In this document: piece after piece, positions 28,533-39,665 of the stretch
Position numbering within the stretch: the stretch's first letter is position 1
Layout of the letters: each line of letters starts with the position of its first letter
From: Eledone cirrhosa
Lineage: Eukaryota
Assembly: GCA_964016885.1 (NCBI GenBank)
Contig: OZ024742.1
Coordinates: 98,642,001-98,706,000, forward strand
Reading direction: 5' to 3'
Length of the DNA: 64,000 nt
Made by a program: the position numbers and the translations under genes
The notes under the pieces: generated by a model
Database searches by the model: none
Told to the model about the DNA's origin: nothing
The model's input: the letters and a program-made list of their open reading frames with translations, nothing else

Positions 28533-28580
28533 TAAGCTGACAGATCTCTGTTTCATACAGTTGGTATTCATCAGAGCTTA
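28533..28580 (-). ncRNA. Intact type I hammerhead ribozyme
   Basis: Minus strand TAAGCT-CTGATGA-ATAC(caact)GTAT-GAAA-CAG(agat)CTG-TC-AGCTTA. The core and GUC site are perfect, all three helices pair, and helix I extends through TTTTCAACAA/TTGTTGAAAA. Confidence 0.9.
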
Positions 28581-28882
28581 GCACTCCCCTTTGCTTGTTG
28601 AAAATTATAAATGTTGGATTCTTATAGAATTCCATTATTAATCAGGAACTGATTATACACAGCGGTTGCCGGTCCGGCAAAAATTGAAAATTAGAATTGG
28701 TGCTCTGAAATAGCGATGTATATATGAATGTATATATATAGTGTATTTGGCAATACACTGGATGCTTAATTAAAAGCATTTTGAAGACCTCCCTTTTCTC
28801 CCCCATCCACCCTCCTCCTTTTTAATGTCGTTCCACCACTCCCCCACACACCCTCGGAACTCTCTTCCTACCCACTTTTCTC

Positions 28883-28910
28883 CTGATGAAGGGCTTATGC
28901 CCGAAACGTC
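28883..28910 (+). ncRNA. Minimal hammerhead core; helix I not pairable
   Basis: CTGATGA-A-GGGC(ttat)GCCC-GAAA-CG-TC; the downstream tail is shared with an inverted copy at 21666-21730. Confidence 0.65.
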
Positions 28911-29478
28911 GCCACCCCCACTCTCAAAAACGTGAACCTAATAAACTACCATTTGTACTGCCTCTCTTTATTTTTGTTCCTGTCTAATATTTAATTATGT
29001 ATATATATGTATATATATGTGAAATTGTACTTCTTTATACTTGGGATAAGTTTTATTATAGCTACAAGAAGGATGATCATTATACCTTGTCAGATGATTG
29101 TTGTCTGATGGTGCAGTCAATCTCTGTTCATAAACATACACACAGGAGCTCTGCAACGAAACGATATGATTAGGAAAAGGAGATAATATATCTGTCTATT
29201 AATAGCAGTGAACGTGGATAACAAAATAGATCGCAGACACACACACACACACACACACACAACTCTCTGTCTCTCTGTCTCTCTCTCTCTCTCTCTTTCT
29301 CTATCTCTCTCTAACAGGCAGACATATATTTGTATGTAAAAGGTAAACAGAAATAACAACACAATGGTACAGTATATGGAAGGTCTGTTGGCGACGCAGA
29401 TCATAGCAGCAATAATGAGAGACAGAGACCGCTGGAGAGAACTTGTCTATGGATCACCGGAATTTTACCCGCCCTAGA

Positions 29479-29543
<65 letters not shown>

Positions 29544-29566
29544 CATAGCTTCATTTCTCCATGCTT

Positions 29567-29598
<32 letters not shown>

Positions 29599-29685
29599 AT
29601 TGAAATGAGCGGAACAAGCATAATTTAAACAATCTTTCAAAATAAATTCAAAATACAATTTAAATATTTACCTATCTATATTGCT

Positions 29686-29760
29686 TTTACCGACGGTTTC
29701 GCCTCACAAAAGATTGGAAATCAAAGGGACTTCCAATGGAAAGATCGGCTCTTTAGAAAG
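29686..29760 (-). ncRNA. Degenerate hammerhead ribozyme with long helix II
   Basis: Minus strand CTAAAGA-GCC...ATTGGAAGTC(ccttt)GATTTCCAAT...GGC-GAAA-CCG-TC. Confidence 0.5.
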
Positions 29761-30097
29761 CGTTTTCCCTTCCATAGGACATATAGTCCAATAGCAGGCA
29801 AATACATTGCCTTCAGCCAGCTAGTGAAGGATCGATTTGGGTCGTAAACATGACCTACACGTGAACTGGTCGTTAGTAGAAACGGGAATATTATAGACGT
29901 GCTGTTTGCCACACTACTATAAAAATAGCAGCTAGGTATACAACGGATTTTTTCTCTACTCATGGGAGAATATACATAAAATTAGATCAATATCCCCACA
30001 GGTACTAAGTACCCACGGAAATATATAGGGTGTCTATAGTACAGTTGTTGTTCAATGGTATTAATTTGACATACCAGAACTATAAAATTGAAATGAG

Positions 30098-30131
<34 letters not shown>

Positions 30132-30479
30132 TAACTGAGAGGGCCATTATCGCTATTAATTGTTTAATCCATCATGTACTACCAAATCGTTTGGAATGGT
30201 AAATATGGCGTCGAGTGCCTAAATGTATTTGCAAGAACCTTCACATTAGAACACTACTTATAGATATTGGATTACAAATATTATTATTGGGGTCATTGTA
30301 ATTATTATTGTTATTTGAAACATACTTTGAATTCTATTTCTTCCCCAAATCATGCCGAGCGTAAACATGTCACCTGACGTTTATAATTTTATGATATACA
30401 CATTATAAAATCAATTATCATACAACAGAAAATGTCCTTCGAAGGTTTTCAAATTGGACAAATATGGACAGTGAGCACT

Positions 30480-31600
30480 ATATTCTCTCTCTTGCAGAGA
30501 TGACGGTTCAGGTAACTCGTCCAATATTTTTCTGTTCTCTTTTACACAATTCCCAGTGCACCGATTATCAATGGTATTTTACATGCATTAGTAGCCACAT
30601 TTTCTCAATCGAGATGTTACAATCTTAGAGAATGCTTAGGTCAATTAAGGTGCATGTTTTCTCTTTATGAACCTTTACAGTTTTATCAGGTCTGTTGGAC
30701 TTGATCTTTTTCTTGGTGTTAGGAGAGAATTCCAGCAAGATTTTCACACTCTCGCCTCCTGTTACAGAATCTTGTAACATTTCCCTTTGTTTTATGCCAT
30801 AAATCCTGCATATTGCCCATTGTAAATATTGCTCCACTCTATCATTCCCCGTTTTATATTCATGAGATGCTGACACTTTGCAGCATGAAGCCGGGTGTCC
30901 AATTGTGTTAACATGCTCAGAGTAGAATCAACAATTTCGATCTAACATTTCTCATGACAATGGCTTGAAAGTCGTGCGTTGAATGGCACTGGTCACGTTT
31001 AGCAAAAAGGATCTTTTTGCTCCGAAGTCTGCACCCACTGATGGGTGAGTGTTTGATCTCCAACCGGTTTTTTGCTACCGAAAACATACAGCACATGCAG
31101 TGGTTTTGCTTTCATTTAGTACACAGGTGGCGTTAACATGCAGCCTTAAATACAAGATGGACATCATTTTCAAAATGTATTCTTAATCCCTCTATAAACT
31201 TCATACTTTCTTTTGTGAGTGAATTTAACTCTGTATTCCTTTCATGATCTGCAGCCATGTTCGGAATCCAGTCATCTGCAGTTTTAAGGTATTGTTGGAT
31301 TCCGTTGGTTTATATATTGTATGACAGCTCCAGCTGAATTATTCCTCTTCCTCTGTTTTGTCTAGGGAGATAGAGGTGATCCATATCTGCTTCTGGGGTG
31401 CCAGACGTTACCTAAATGTGCTGTCCAATTTCAATATTTCATTACCGTTCTAATATATTCATTGAAACTATAGGGGACAACTAGGATTAAAAGCGATTTT
31501 ATGGCAGATATTTTATTATTTGTGTTGAACTCAAGATAGTGTTGAAATCAAGATAGCGTGTACTCTCCTGTAACATCCCTTCCCGACCCTCTCTTCATGC
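30480..31600 (-). mobile_element. Decayed RLE-type non-LTR retrotransposon (R4/Dong-like), C-terminal part
   Basis: HEYKTGNDRVEQYLQWAIC...SNRPDKTVKVHKEKTCTLIDLSI shows the RHD-like and PD..D nuclease motifs; many stops and frameshifts. Confidence 0.75.
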
Positions 31601-31799
31601 TGACATTATTATTAGTATTATTAATATTTGTGTCTCAACGAGGTTAACTTTACCATTCATCCTTACGAATCGATAAAATAAAGTACCAATAATGTACTGG
31701 GGTAATTGCTGACCTTGTGCCAAAAGTAGAAACAATTTTTATTGGTGTCTCAGTAATTGATGTTATTTAACTGGAAAGTGGTTCAAATGAACATCAAGC

Positions 31800-32344
31800 C
31801 ATTACCTTCAGCCTCAGATATTGAGGATGTACCGGAGGGTTCCAGCATGCATGCCTTTTGAAGTATTACAACTAGGGGGGGGTGGACTAATGTTATTTAA
31901 TCATCATTGAACACTCTTGGAGATAGTACCTAGTGCTCCTATGACAATCGGGAAGAACTTGATCCTTTTGTAATTCCCACTTTAGATTCTGTTATCGGTT
32001 AATTTTCTCCTCTTTTTCTTGTGTGTCAAAGGGGCAGGCCACATCTACAATCAGACACGTTCTTTTATACTTGTCAATAACCACCGGGTCAAGCATATTG
32101 TGTTCTAATTCTTGTCGATTTCTATCCTGAAATCCAATAGCCCCTTCACTTGATCGTTTTCTATCACCGACTCTGCCTTGTGCTCATACCACTTCTCAGA
32201 ATATGGTAAATTATTTAGTTTGCATAAATGCCAGTGAATCTCCTTTCCTATCATATCATGCCTCCAGCCTTTATAGTGAGTCTGGCTAGGTGTTTACTTT
32301 CGGATACGATGTGAGCCACCACAATCTCCTCTTTTTCTCTCACT

Positions 32345-32403
<59 letters not shown>

Positions 32404-32690
32404 TCTCCACACAGATCCTACACAGTGAGCTAGCCTCCTCCTTGTCAATATGGTGTTTCACCCACTTAATTCTGAGGGCTTGCTCTTGTGCAGCCATTAT
32501 CATTCCTTCTGTAGCTTTTTTAAGGTCTCCTCTTTTTAACCAGCTCCATGTGTGTGGATCTCCTAATTCCATTTTCTTAAAAAACGTACTATGAAGGTAT
32601 TTTTCATTAAGGTTGCTCTTCCTCTTTGTTGTTACTTCTTCCTTGGACATCTCCTGGGTTATTGTCTTCTCCTTCAGCCCAGCCACAGTA
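31800..32690 (-). mobile_element. Second decayed RLE-type LINE (R4/Dong-like), C-terminal part
   Basis: TWSWLKRGDLKKATEGMIMAAQEQALR...LCRIC; downstream HYKGWRHDMIGKEIHWHLC and LIVDVACPFD motifs. Confidence 0.8.
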
Positions 32691-34131
32691 CAAGTGACTT
32701 GGTGTATTATTTAAACTTTTCTTTTTTGAGGATGAAGTAAAGTTTTTCTAGGAAGTGATCGGACCTTGTGGCAATAAACAGGCCATTTTTATTTTTATTT
32801 CAGCTACAAGTAAGGCATTGGCGGTGCTGACGTCGCTAGCTGTCCAGGTGGTTGTGGTGGTAGTAATGGTGTTTGTGTCATTGTTGTTGTTGTTGGTAGT
32901 GGTAGTGAGGGGTTAAAGAAGGAACATATTTATTTCATACAAAAAGAAGGAAGCCGCTCAAAAACATGTTGGTTCTATATCATATTGCACACCTTCATTT
33001 TACTATCCGATATTTCCATAACAATTGATAATCTATCTTCTACGTTTCTATTTCAAAATGATTTTTTTCCATAAGAATCTATAGAGAACAAGCTTGAAAA
33101 TAAGATTGGAAATGCATTGAAAATGCAACCCTTCTAAATAGATCACAAAATATATTTTAACAAATTTGAATAAACAATGATCTGTTCCGTTGTTTACATT
33201 TAGATTAAGCCCATTAGGTAGAAACAAGAAACATTTGAAAAATCAGTCTACTCGTTTTAAAAGCTCTCCAAAATGGGCATCAATTTTACAATTGATATAT
33301 TTTCCTAATTAATAAAATTTCTTTTGCATATAAGAATGCTTATTTGCGTTCTTTGAAAATCAAATATAAGAAAATCGGAGGGATTCTATATTTCTCTCTG
33401 TCTCATTTCTCATTGTGTTTTCTTTCCTCTTTCTCCCTTACACTGACTCATTTATCATCACTGTTATCATGGCAGATATCACAATATTACTTTAGATATG
33501 GTTTGAAATGTTTGTTCGACTATTTATGTTGTGGAGTACACAATTTATACAAAAATATTTTCTCAGTGTAAACGTTATTCATACAAATTTCTTTCGTACT
33601 ACAACCAATCATCCTTATGCCATGAAAATTGTGAAATATTTTCCTCAGCAGAATTGTTTTATGGGAATGTTCTCAGCTTATTAAATATACCCAGTCACCA
33701 ACACACTCTTTTGTATTTATTATTTCAATTCACAATTGCAGAAACAGCTATAAATTATTTTGGTGCTTTTTTCTCGATATTCGGTTATCCAACACTTGTA
33801 AGTACTACTAAAGTAGCTATATTTCTTGGATTAGAATTTCATAGCTGTCTCCATTCTTAAGAAGAATCCAACGAGTACATATCTACTTTATTGCAGTATC
33901 GAGAATATTTCGTTAGGATTATTGGAAAATATATAAGATGGTGTATTGGCAAAATCGGTAGAGGGTCGTAAAACTACCTTCACAAATAACAACCGTCTTT
34001 TTACGTTATGAGTTCAAATTATTGTTTTGTTTTTGTTTGTTCTTTTCATTTTTCTGGGATCGATTAAATAAATTAAGTATAGGAGTCGTTATGACTTTTG
34101 CTGAATTACTCAGTTTTTGCCATTATTGGGC

Positions 34132-34192
<61 letters not shown>

Positions 34193-34337
34193 CATCTATT
34201 TATTTTGGGGTTTGAAACCGCGCGGTAAAGGCACATATAACAAGTACAGTGAACTTTTTAAAATTTATTTTAAAACATTTTCTCTATTTGCTAGACCTTG
34301 ATTTTATATATATATATATATATAAAATCAAGGTCTA

Positions 34338-34387
<50 letters not shown>

Positions 34388-34452
34388 ATAATAATAAAAA
34401 ACGGGTGAAAGCAGCGATTCTTTGCTTAAACTTTAATCTGTTATTTTAATAA

Positions 34453-34488
<36 letters not shown>

Positions 34489-37453
34489 TGTGTGTGTATA
34501 CATATAACTTCCACTACAAATTCTCTGAATTTATAAGCGAAACACTGGACGACTGCTTTCCTTAATTCAATGTATTCTAGACATATTTTACCCATATGCT
34601 AGTATAAATAAACATTTTAAATATTATTATTGTAGTAAAACTGTAATGTGGTAAATAGAGATGTAAGGCGAACATGAAATGTCCTCAGTGCGTCGGCTTA
34701 AATTTTTTGGTATATATTTTAACTCATTGCACCCAGTTCAAATCCTATTCAGACCAACTTACCGTTCAACCATTCCAGAACGATAAATAAACTAGTACAG
34801 AAGCAGATATTTAATGAAATTATTAAAGAGACGGACTGGGCGCTTTGTAGTATTTGATCCAGCTCTGCATTTTCTGTTTAAATGTGTACTCTTTCTGCCA
34901 TTGGGTACGACCAACGTATAGTTTCAGCAATTGAGAAACCAGAAGAAACACAGCTTAATTGGTGTGATGTGACAATAGGCTCGTTTCGTTTTGTTTTTAC
35001 TCTTCTATAGTGGAGTTTCCTCAGAGGTAATAATGGTAACGTTAACAACAAAGTGTCTCATCCACTTTATATTTGAATGTATTGATTAAATCACATGAAC
35101 TGACTTCAAGAAAACAATCAGTTCACGAACCTCATCAAATGGTGTCTAGTATCCTTCAATCTTTAAACGATAATTTTAATCAAATTATTTTGCTTAAACA
35201 TGCTTCTATGAACTAAAATATTTGTTAAAGATCATATGAACGTGTTAGAAATAACGTACATGGTGACATAGACGAATTTCTTTGTCACCGAAACCTATGG
35301 CTTTGTCTAGTATTTATAGTAGAACGGTGAAGATCACATATTTTGAAATATTTTGAATATATTGAAGTAAAATAACTGAAAGATTTAAAACATTAGATTA
35401 GATATCCAATTTGTGTTGAAATTAACACATTGTAAATGTTCAATGATGCGTCAAATAGGCAGACGTGTTAGAAAATCATTCAGATTGTTTAAGGTATTCG
35501 TTCCGGCAATGTGTGGCCTGAGTTCACGTAACGTCAACACAAGTCTCATACTGAAATTGATTCTCAATTCCTCTCTCTCACACTCCCCCATTCACTAGAA
35601 AAAATCGGCAGTGATTAGACCTGGAAAGAGAAGGGGACCAACCAGTTTAAATACACCCCACACATGCCTATTTGATTCTATCAGGAAATACGGGTATATA
35701 TATTCACATTTTGGATGATTCAGTGTATGTATAAATATTCTTATATGGGCGCTATTTTACTGCGTGTTCTACCTGGTTATTTACAATTTCTAGAGCAGTT
35801 TACCTAGACATGTAAAATTCAGCGTGCAGTCCATCACTGCTACACAAATACCGTAATCCAAGCCCGAATCTAATTTGGTTGGCCAGCCAGGCCATTACGC
35901 ACTGAAAATTAAGTAAAATAACAAATACATCAATTAAGCATACTAGGATCGACTTTTACACACACACACACATATATATTTATATATATAAAGGACAATT
36001 TGTCATGTCTTCATTGCGTTTATTGAATAATGATGCGCGTTTCTAGTCTGAAGATCGATACTTGTCGGGAGTAGGGTTCCCAGTAAACCTTTTCAGTTTT
36101 TTTCTATGGGTTGTAAAATAAAAACTGGAAAAAGGTTGCTTGCACCTCTTGACCACGATTGCACTCAAGGAAGGACCTCCACCGTGTATAGTACCTACCG
36201 CTAAACCACAGCTACAACTATGAAAACCTTACGAAAATTCATACTTATAAACTACATTCAAAATGTTCAAAACAAAATGATGTGGTGTCGTTCATGTCTT
36301 TCTTAAAGTCGACATCTAAATCATTTGGGTGTTCCATAAATTTCATCCTCCTTTTCTTTCTCATCTATCTACATTTTAACCTGCAATCCATGCTTCATTT
36401 CTGTTCCACCTCATCCCTCCTCTCTCTCCCCTCTCCCCTTGGTTGGTTTTCGCTTCTGTATCTTTTATATCTCCATAGTTAATTTATTTGGCAATCAATA
36501 TTTATCATTGATTGACCAGCGGTTAAAAATACAGATATAAATATATGTATATACTCTATCAAAGTTCTTTCGTTGCACATCTGGATCGTCATTAATTTTT
36601 TATTCTTGCTCTAGGAATTCTGATATTTTCTTTGAAAATCAATGTTTTATGTAGTGGCCTCAAAAGTACTACCGTGGACCCCTGAGGGGTTCATTTGCCA
36701 TCAGGCTAGCTGATGAACTATCCAGTCCGCCACTGTATATATACAAGATATGTGTATCTTTGAGTATATGTGTATTTCGTGTGTGTGTATGTGGGTGCCA
36801 TCGTATTTTTATGCTTTATTATGTAATTATTTTTACCTTCCGAGCATCACCTAGCAGATTCTTTTCGGCTGATAAATGTAGCCGTGGATTTATCATCTTA
36901 ATGCCAGGGCGGCTCTTGTTTTATCTGAATTTTTTCCAACATTATTTAAATTCATTTCCATATTTTCAACCCATTTTCCTTTCTTAGGAGAAGTTTTCTG
37001 ACAGAACATATCTCTTTTCACAAAGATATTTATATTATTTTACATGTTTTCTTTAAAACCTTATCATACTCGTCAGTGTTTCCGTGTACTTATACCATGC
37101 TGAAATAAGTCCTGAATTTGAGTTTACCATTGATGTTGTTTATGGTGCTGTTACAGGTGCTGCTGCTGCATGAATAGAAGGGATTTATATTCAGTTAGAA
37201 CATCTGTTTTTTATGTTCTGGCGGGGAACAAATTGACTGAACATTAACGGAGGAAGAGTTAGTTATTTAGCGCTTTATTAAACATGTTAGTTACGTTTCT
37301 GTACTTACGTCCCTTAAATCCCTCAGAAGTAATATTTTCCTTCTATTTTTCGACATCGATAAAGTAAGTAGAGGGTAAATGCTGTTGCAATTTAATAGAT
37401 TATTCCCAACACTCAACTTGCCAGCCTATTGTTTCTATACACAATGATGACAT

Positions 37454-37660
37454 GGTAGTGGCAGAATCGCTAGAGCGTCGGGGAAAATGCTTTTTGACAT
37501 TTTTTCCAGCTTTTTATGTTCTGAATTCAAATGCTGCTGAGGTGAATTTTCCTTTCCGCCATCCAAAGCGGCAAAATCAAACATCACTCAAGTACCTTTG
37601 TTGAAATAATCAAGTTGCCCTTCAACCTAACATTTCTGGTCTTGTGCCTGAATTCGAAAA
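37454..37660 (+). mobile_element. Nin-like SINE, degenerate; further copies near 20920, 31630, 33940, 54620 and 54900
   Basis: GTGGCAGAATCGCTAGAGCGTCGG head; TTCTGAATTCAAAT B-box region. Confidence 0.6.
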
Positions 37661-37690
37661 CCTCATATCTTTTAAGACAATGGATTAGAG

Positions 37691-37937
37691 CAGGCATGGG
37701 CAACCTTTTTCGAGAAGCGCGCCGCAAGCGCTAATTTACATTCGTGCTCACATTAAAAAAAAGGTCCTAACTCAGGTTGTTTTGATTTGTTTCCTCAGAA
37801 TTCGCACACGTTGTTTTCCGCCATCGTAAAAATGGCCATCGACTGAAATGTTGGGGTAAAAAAATCAGAAAGATTTTACTTAGGTGACTTAGGTGAGCCA
37901 TTCAGAAAGCTTCGCGGGCCGCAAGTTGCCCATGATG
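37691..37937. mobile_element. hAT-family MITE with 8-bp TSD
   Basis: TIRs CAGGCATGGGCAAC and GTTGCCCATGATG; GATTAGAG duplicated at 37683-37690 and 37938-37945. Confidence 0.85.
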
Positions 37938-37999
37938 GATTAGAGCATCGTATTGGTTAAGTTGTAAATTCAAATCCTATCGAGATTAAATTTATCGTG

Positions 38000-38496
38000 G
38001 TGGTGGTGATGGCGGTGGGTATTGGTTTTTTTGGTGATGAGAATCACGATGAGGATAATGATGCCGACAAAGTGGAAGATGAGCACTACAGCCACGAGGG
38101 CAACGACCATTACGATGGTTATACTGATGGGTATAGGTTAAAAAGAAAAGTTCATGCTGATAACGTCATCAATAATGATCGTGAAAGAGACAATGATGAT
38201 GGTGTTGAAGCTGATGATGATGATGATGACGACGATGACAACGATAATGATTAGGATTATGATGATGATGATGATGATGATGATGATACTGACGACGAGG
38301 ATAGTGATGATGGTGATGATGAAGTTGACGACGATATATACGACGGCGATGATGATGATGAAGTTGATGATGTTGTTGATGATGATGATGATGATGATGA
38401 TGAAGTTGATGATGTTGATGATGATGATGATGACGACGACGACGACGGTAATGATGGTGATGGTGATGATGTTGATGATGATGATGATGATGAAGT

Positions 38497-38540
<44 letters not shown>

Positions 38541-38828
38541 TTGATTATGATGATGATGATTACGATGATGAGGATGACGATGACAATCATGGTGACAGAT
38601 TGAAAGAAAAGGCTACTAATAATGTTTAAAGTGAGGAATAGAAAGATGATTATATTGTTAAGTTATTTGATGGCGATGACAATAAAGGTGGTGATGACAT
38701 CGTTGACAGAATAGGGATGATGACGATGGTAATCACGATGATGATGATGATGATAATGATGGTGATGATGATGATGGTGATGATGATGATGATGGTGATG
38801 TTGATGATGATGATGATGATGATGGTGA
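38000..38828. repeat. (GAT)n-rich simple repeat
   Basis: Direct inspection. Confidence 0.9.
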
Positions 38829-38882
38829 GTGTGTGTGTGTGTGTGTATTTTTAAGTTCTCTCTCTCCTTCTCTCTCTCTCTC

Positions 38883-38967
<85 letters not shown>

Positions 38968-38996
38968 GCATGCATCAATACACACATAAGATAGAT

Positions 38997-39363
38997 TTCT
39001 TTATTAGCCACAAGGGCGCAACAAGAAAGGGGACAATACAAAGACATGCCGGGGATTTTACATACAGTCGTGTAAAAAATATAAAAACAAACAATTTCAA
39101 CAATCGAAAACCCCAATAGGGGGGAGGCGCCACAAATGGGTTGTTTAATACCCCGTCGATAGAACAACCCTCAACTCGAGGAGCGTGTTGTGCAAGTGCT
39201 CCTTTCTTCCTTTTGCTCTCTTCCTCAACCTACAGGCTTATAAACAGAGAAGGCCCAATCACTCGGGCTATTTTCGCTTCATTCACCCACCTTTCAGTAA
39301 ATTTACTGGGGTGCAGTGCCTCTCTCTCCACCCTGATTCTCCTTCTAAAGTGATACTTAAAGA
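38997..39363 (-). mobile_element. 5'-truncated Tx1-like LINE, copy A
   Basis: FFKYHFRRRIRVEREALHPSKFTERWVNEAKIARVIGPSLFISL-stop plus 3' UTR; AAGATAGAT on both flanks. Confidence 0.9.
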
Positions 39364-39378
39364 AAGATAGATAGATAT

Positions 39379-39425
<47 letters not shown>

Positions 39426-39665
39426 TATTTCTTTATTAGCCACAGGGGCACAAAAGAAGGGGAGAAATACAAAGGGGGAAGTTTACATACAATAAAAACG
39501 TGTAAAATGTTATCACAGATGGAATTTAAAAGTTAGTCGATTTTCCCCAATAGAGGGAGACAGTTTATATGGGTAACACATACCCCCGAAAAAAAATGTG
39601 CAACCCTCATCTCCAGGAGTACGAAGAGCTTGTACTCCTTTCCTCTCCTCCTCCTTTTCCTCAAC

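Noticed and set aside
37997-38603. Poly-Asp or poly-Met ORFs that resemble acidic biomineral proteins (also 46168-46629)
   Set aside because: (GAT)n simple repeats with stops in the Asp frame and no supporting splice or signal features.
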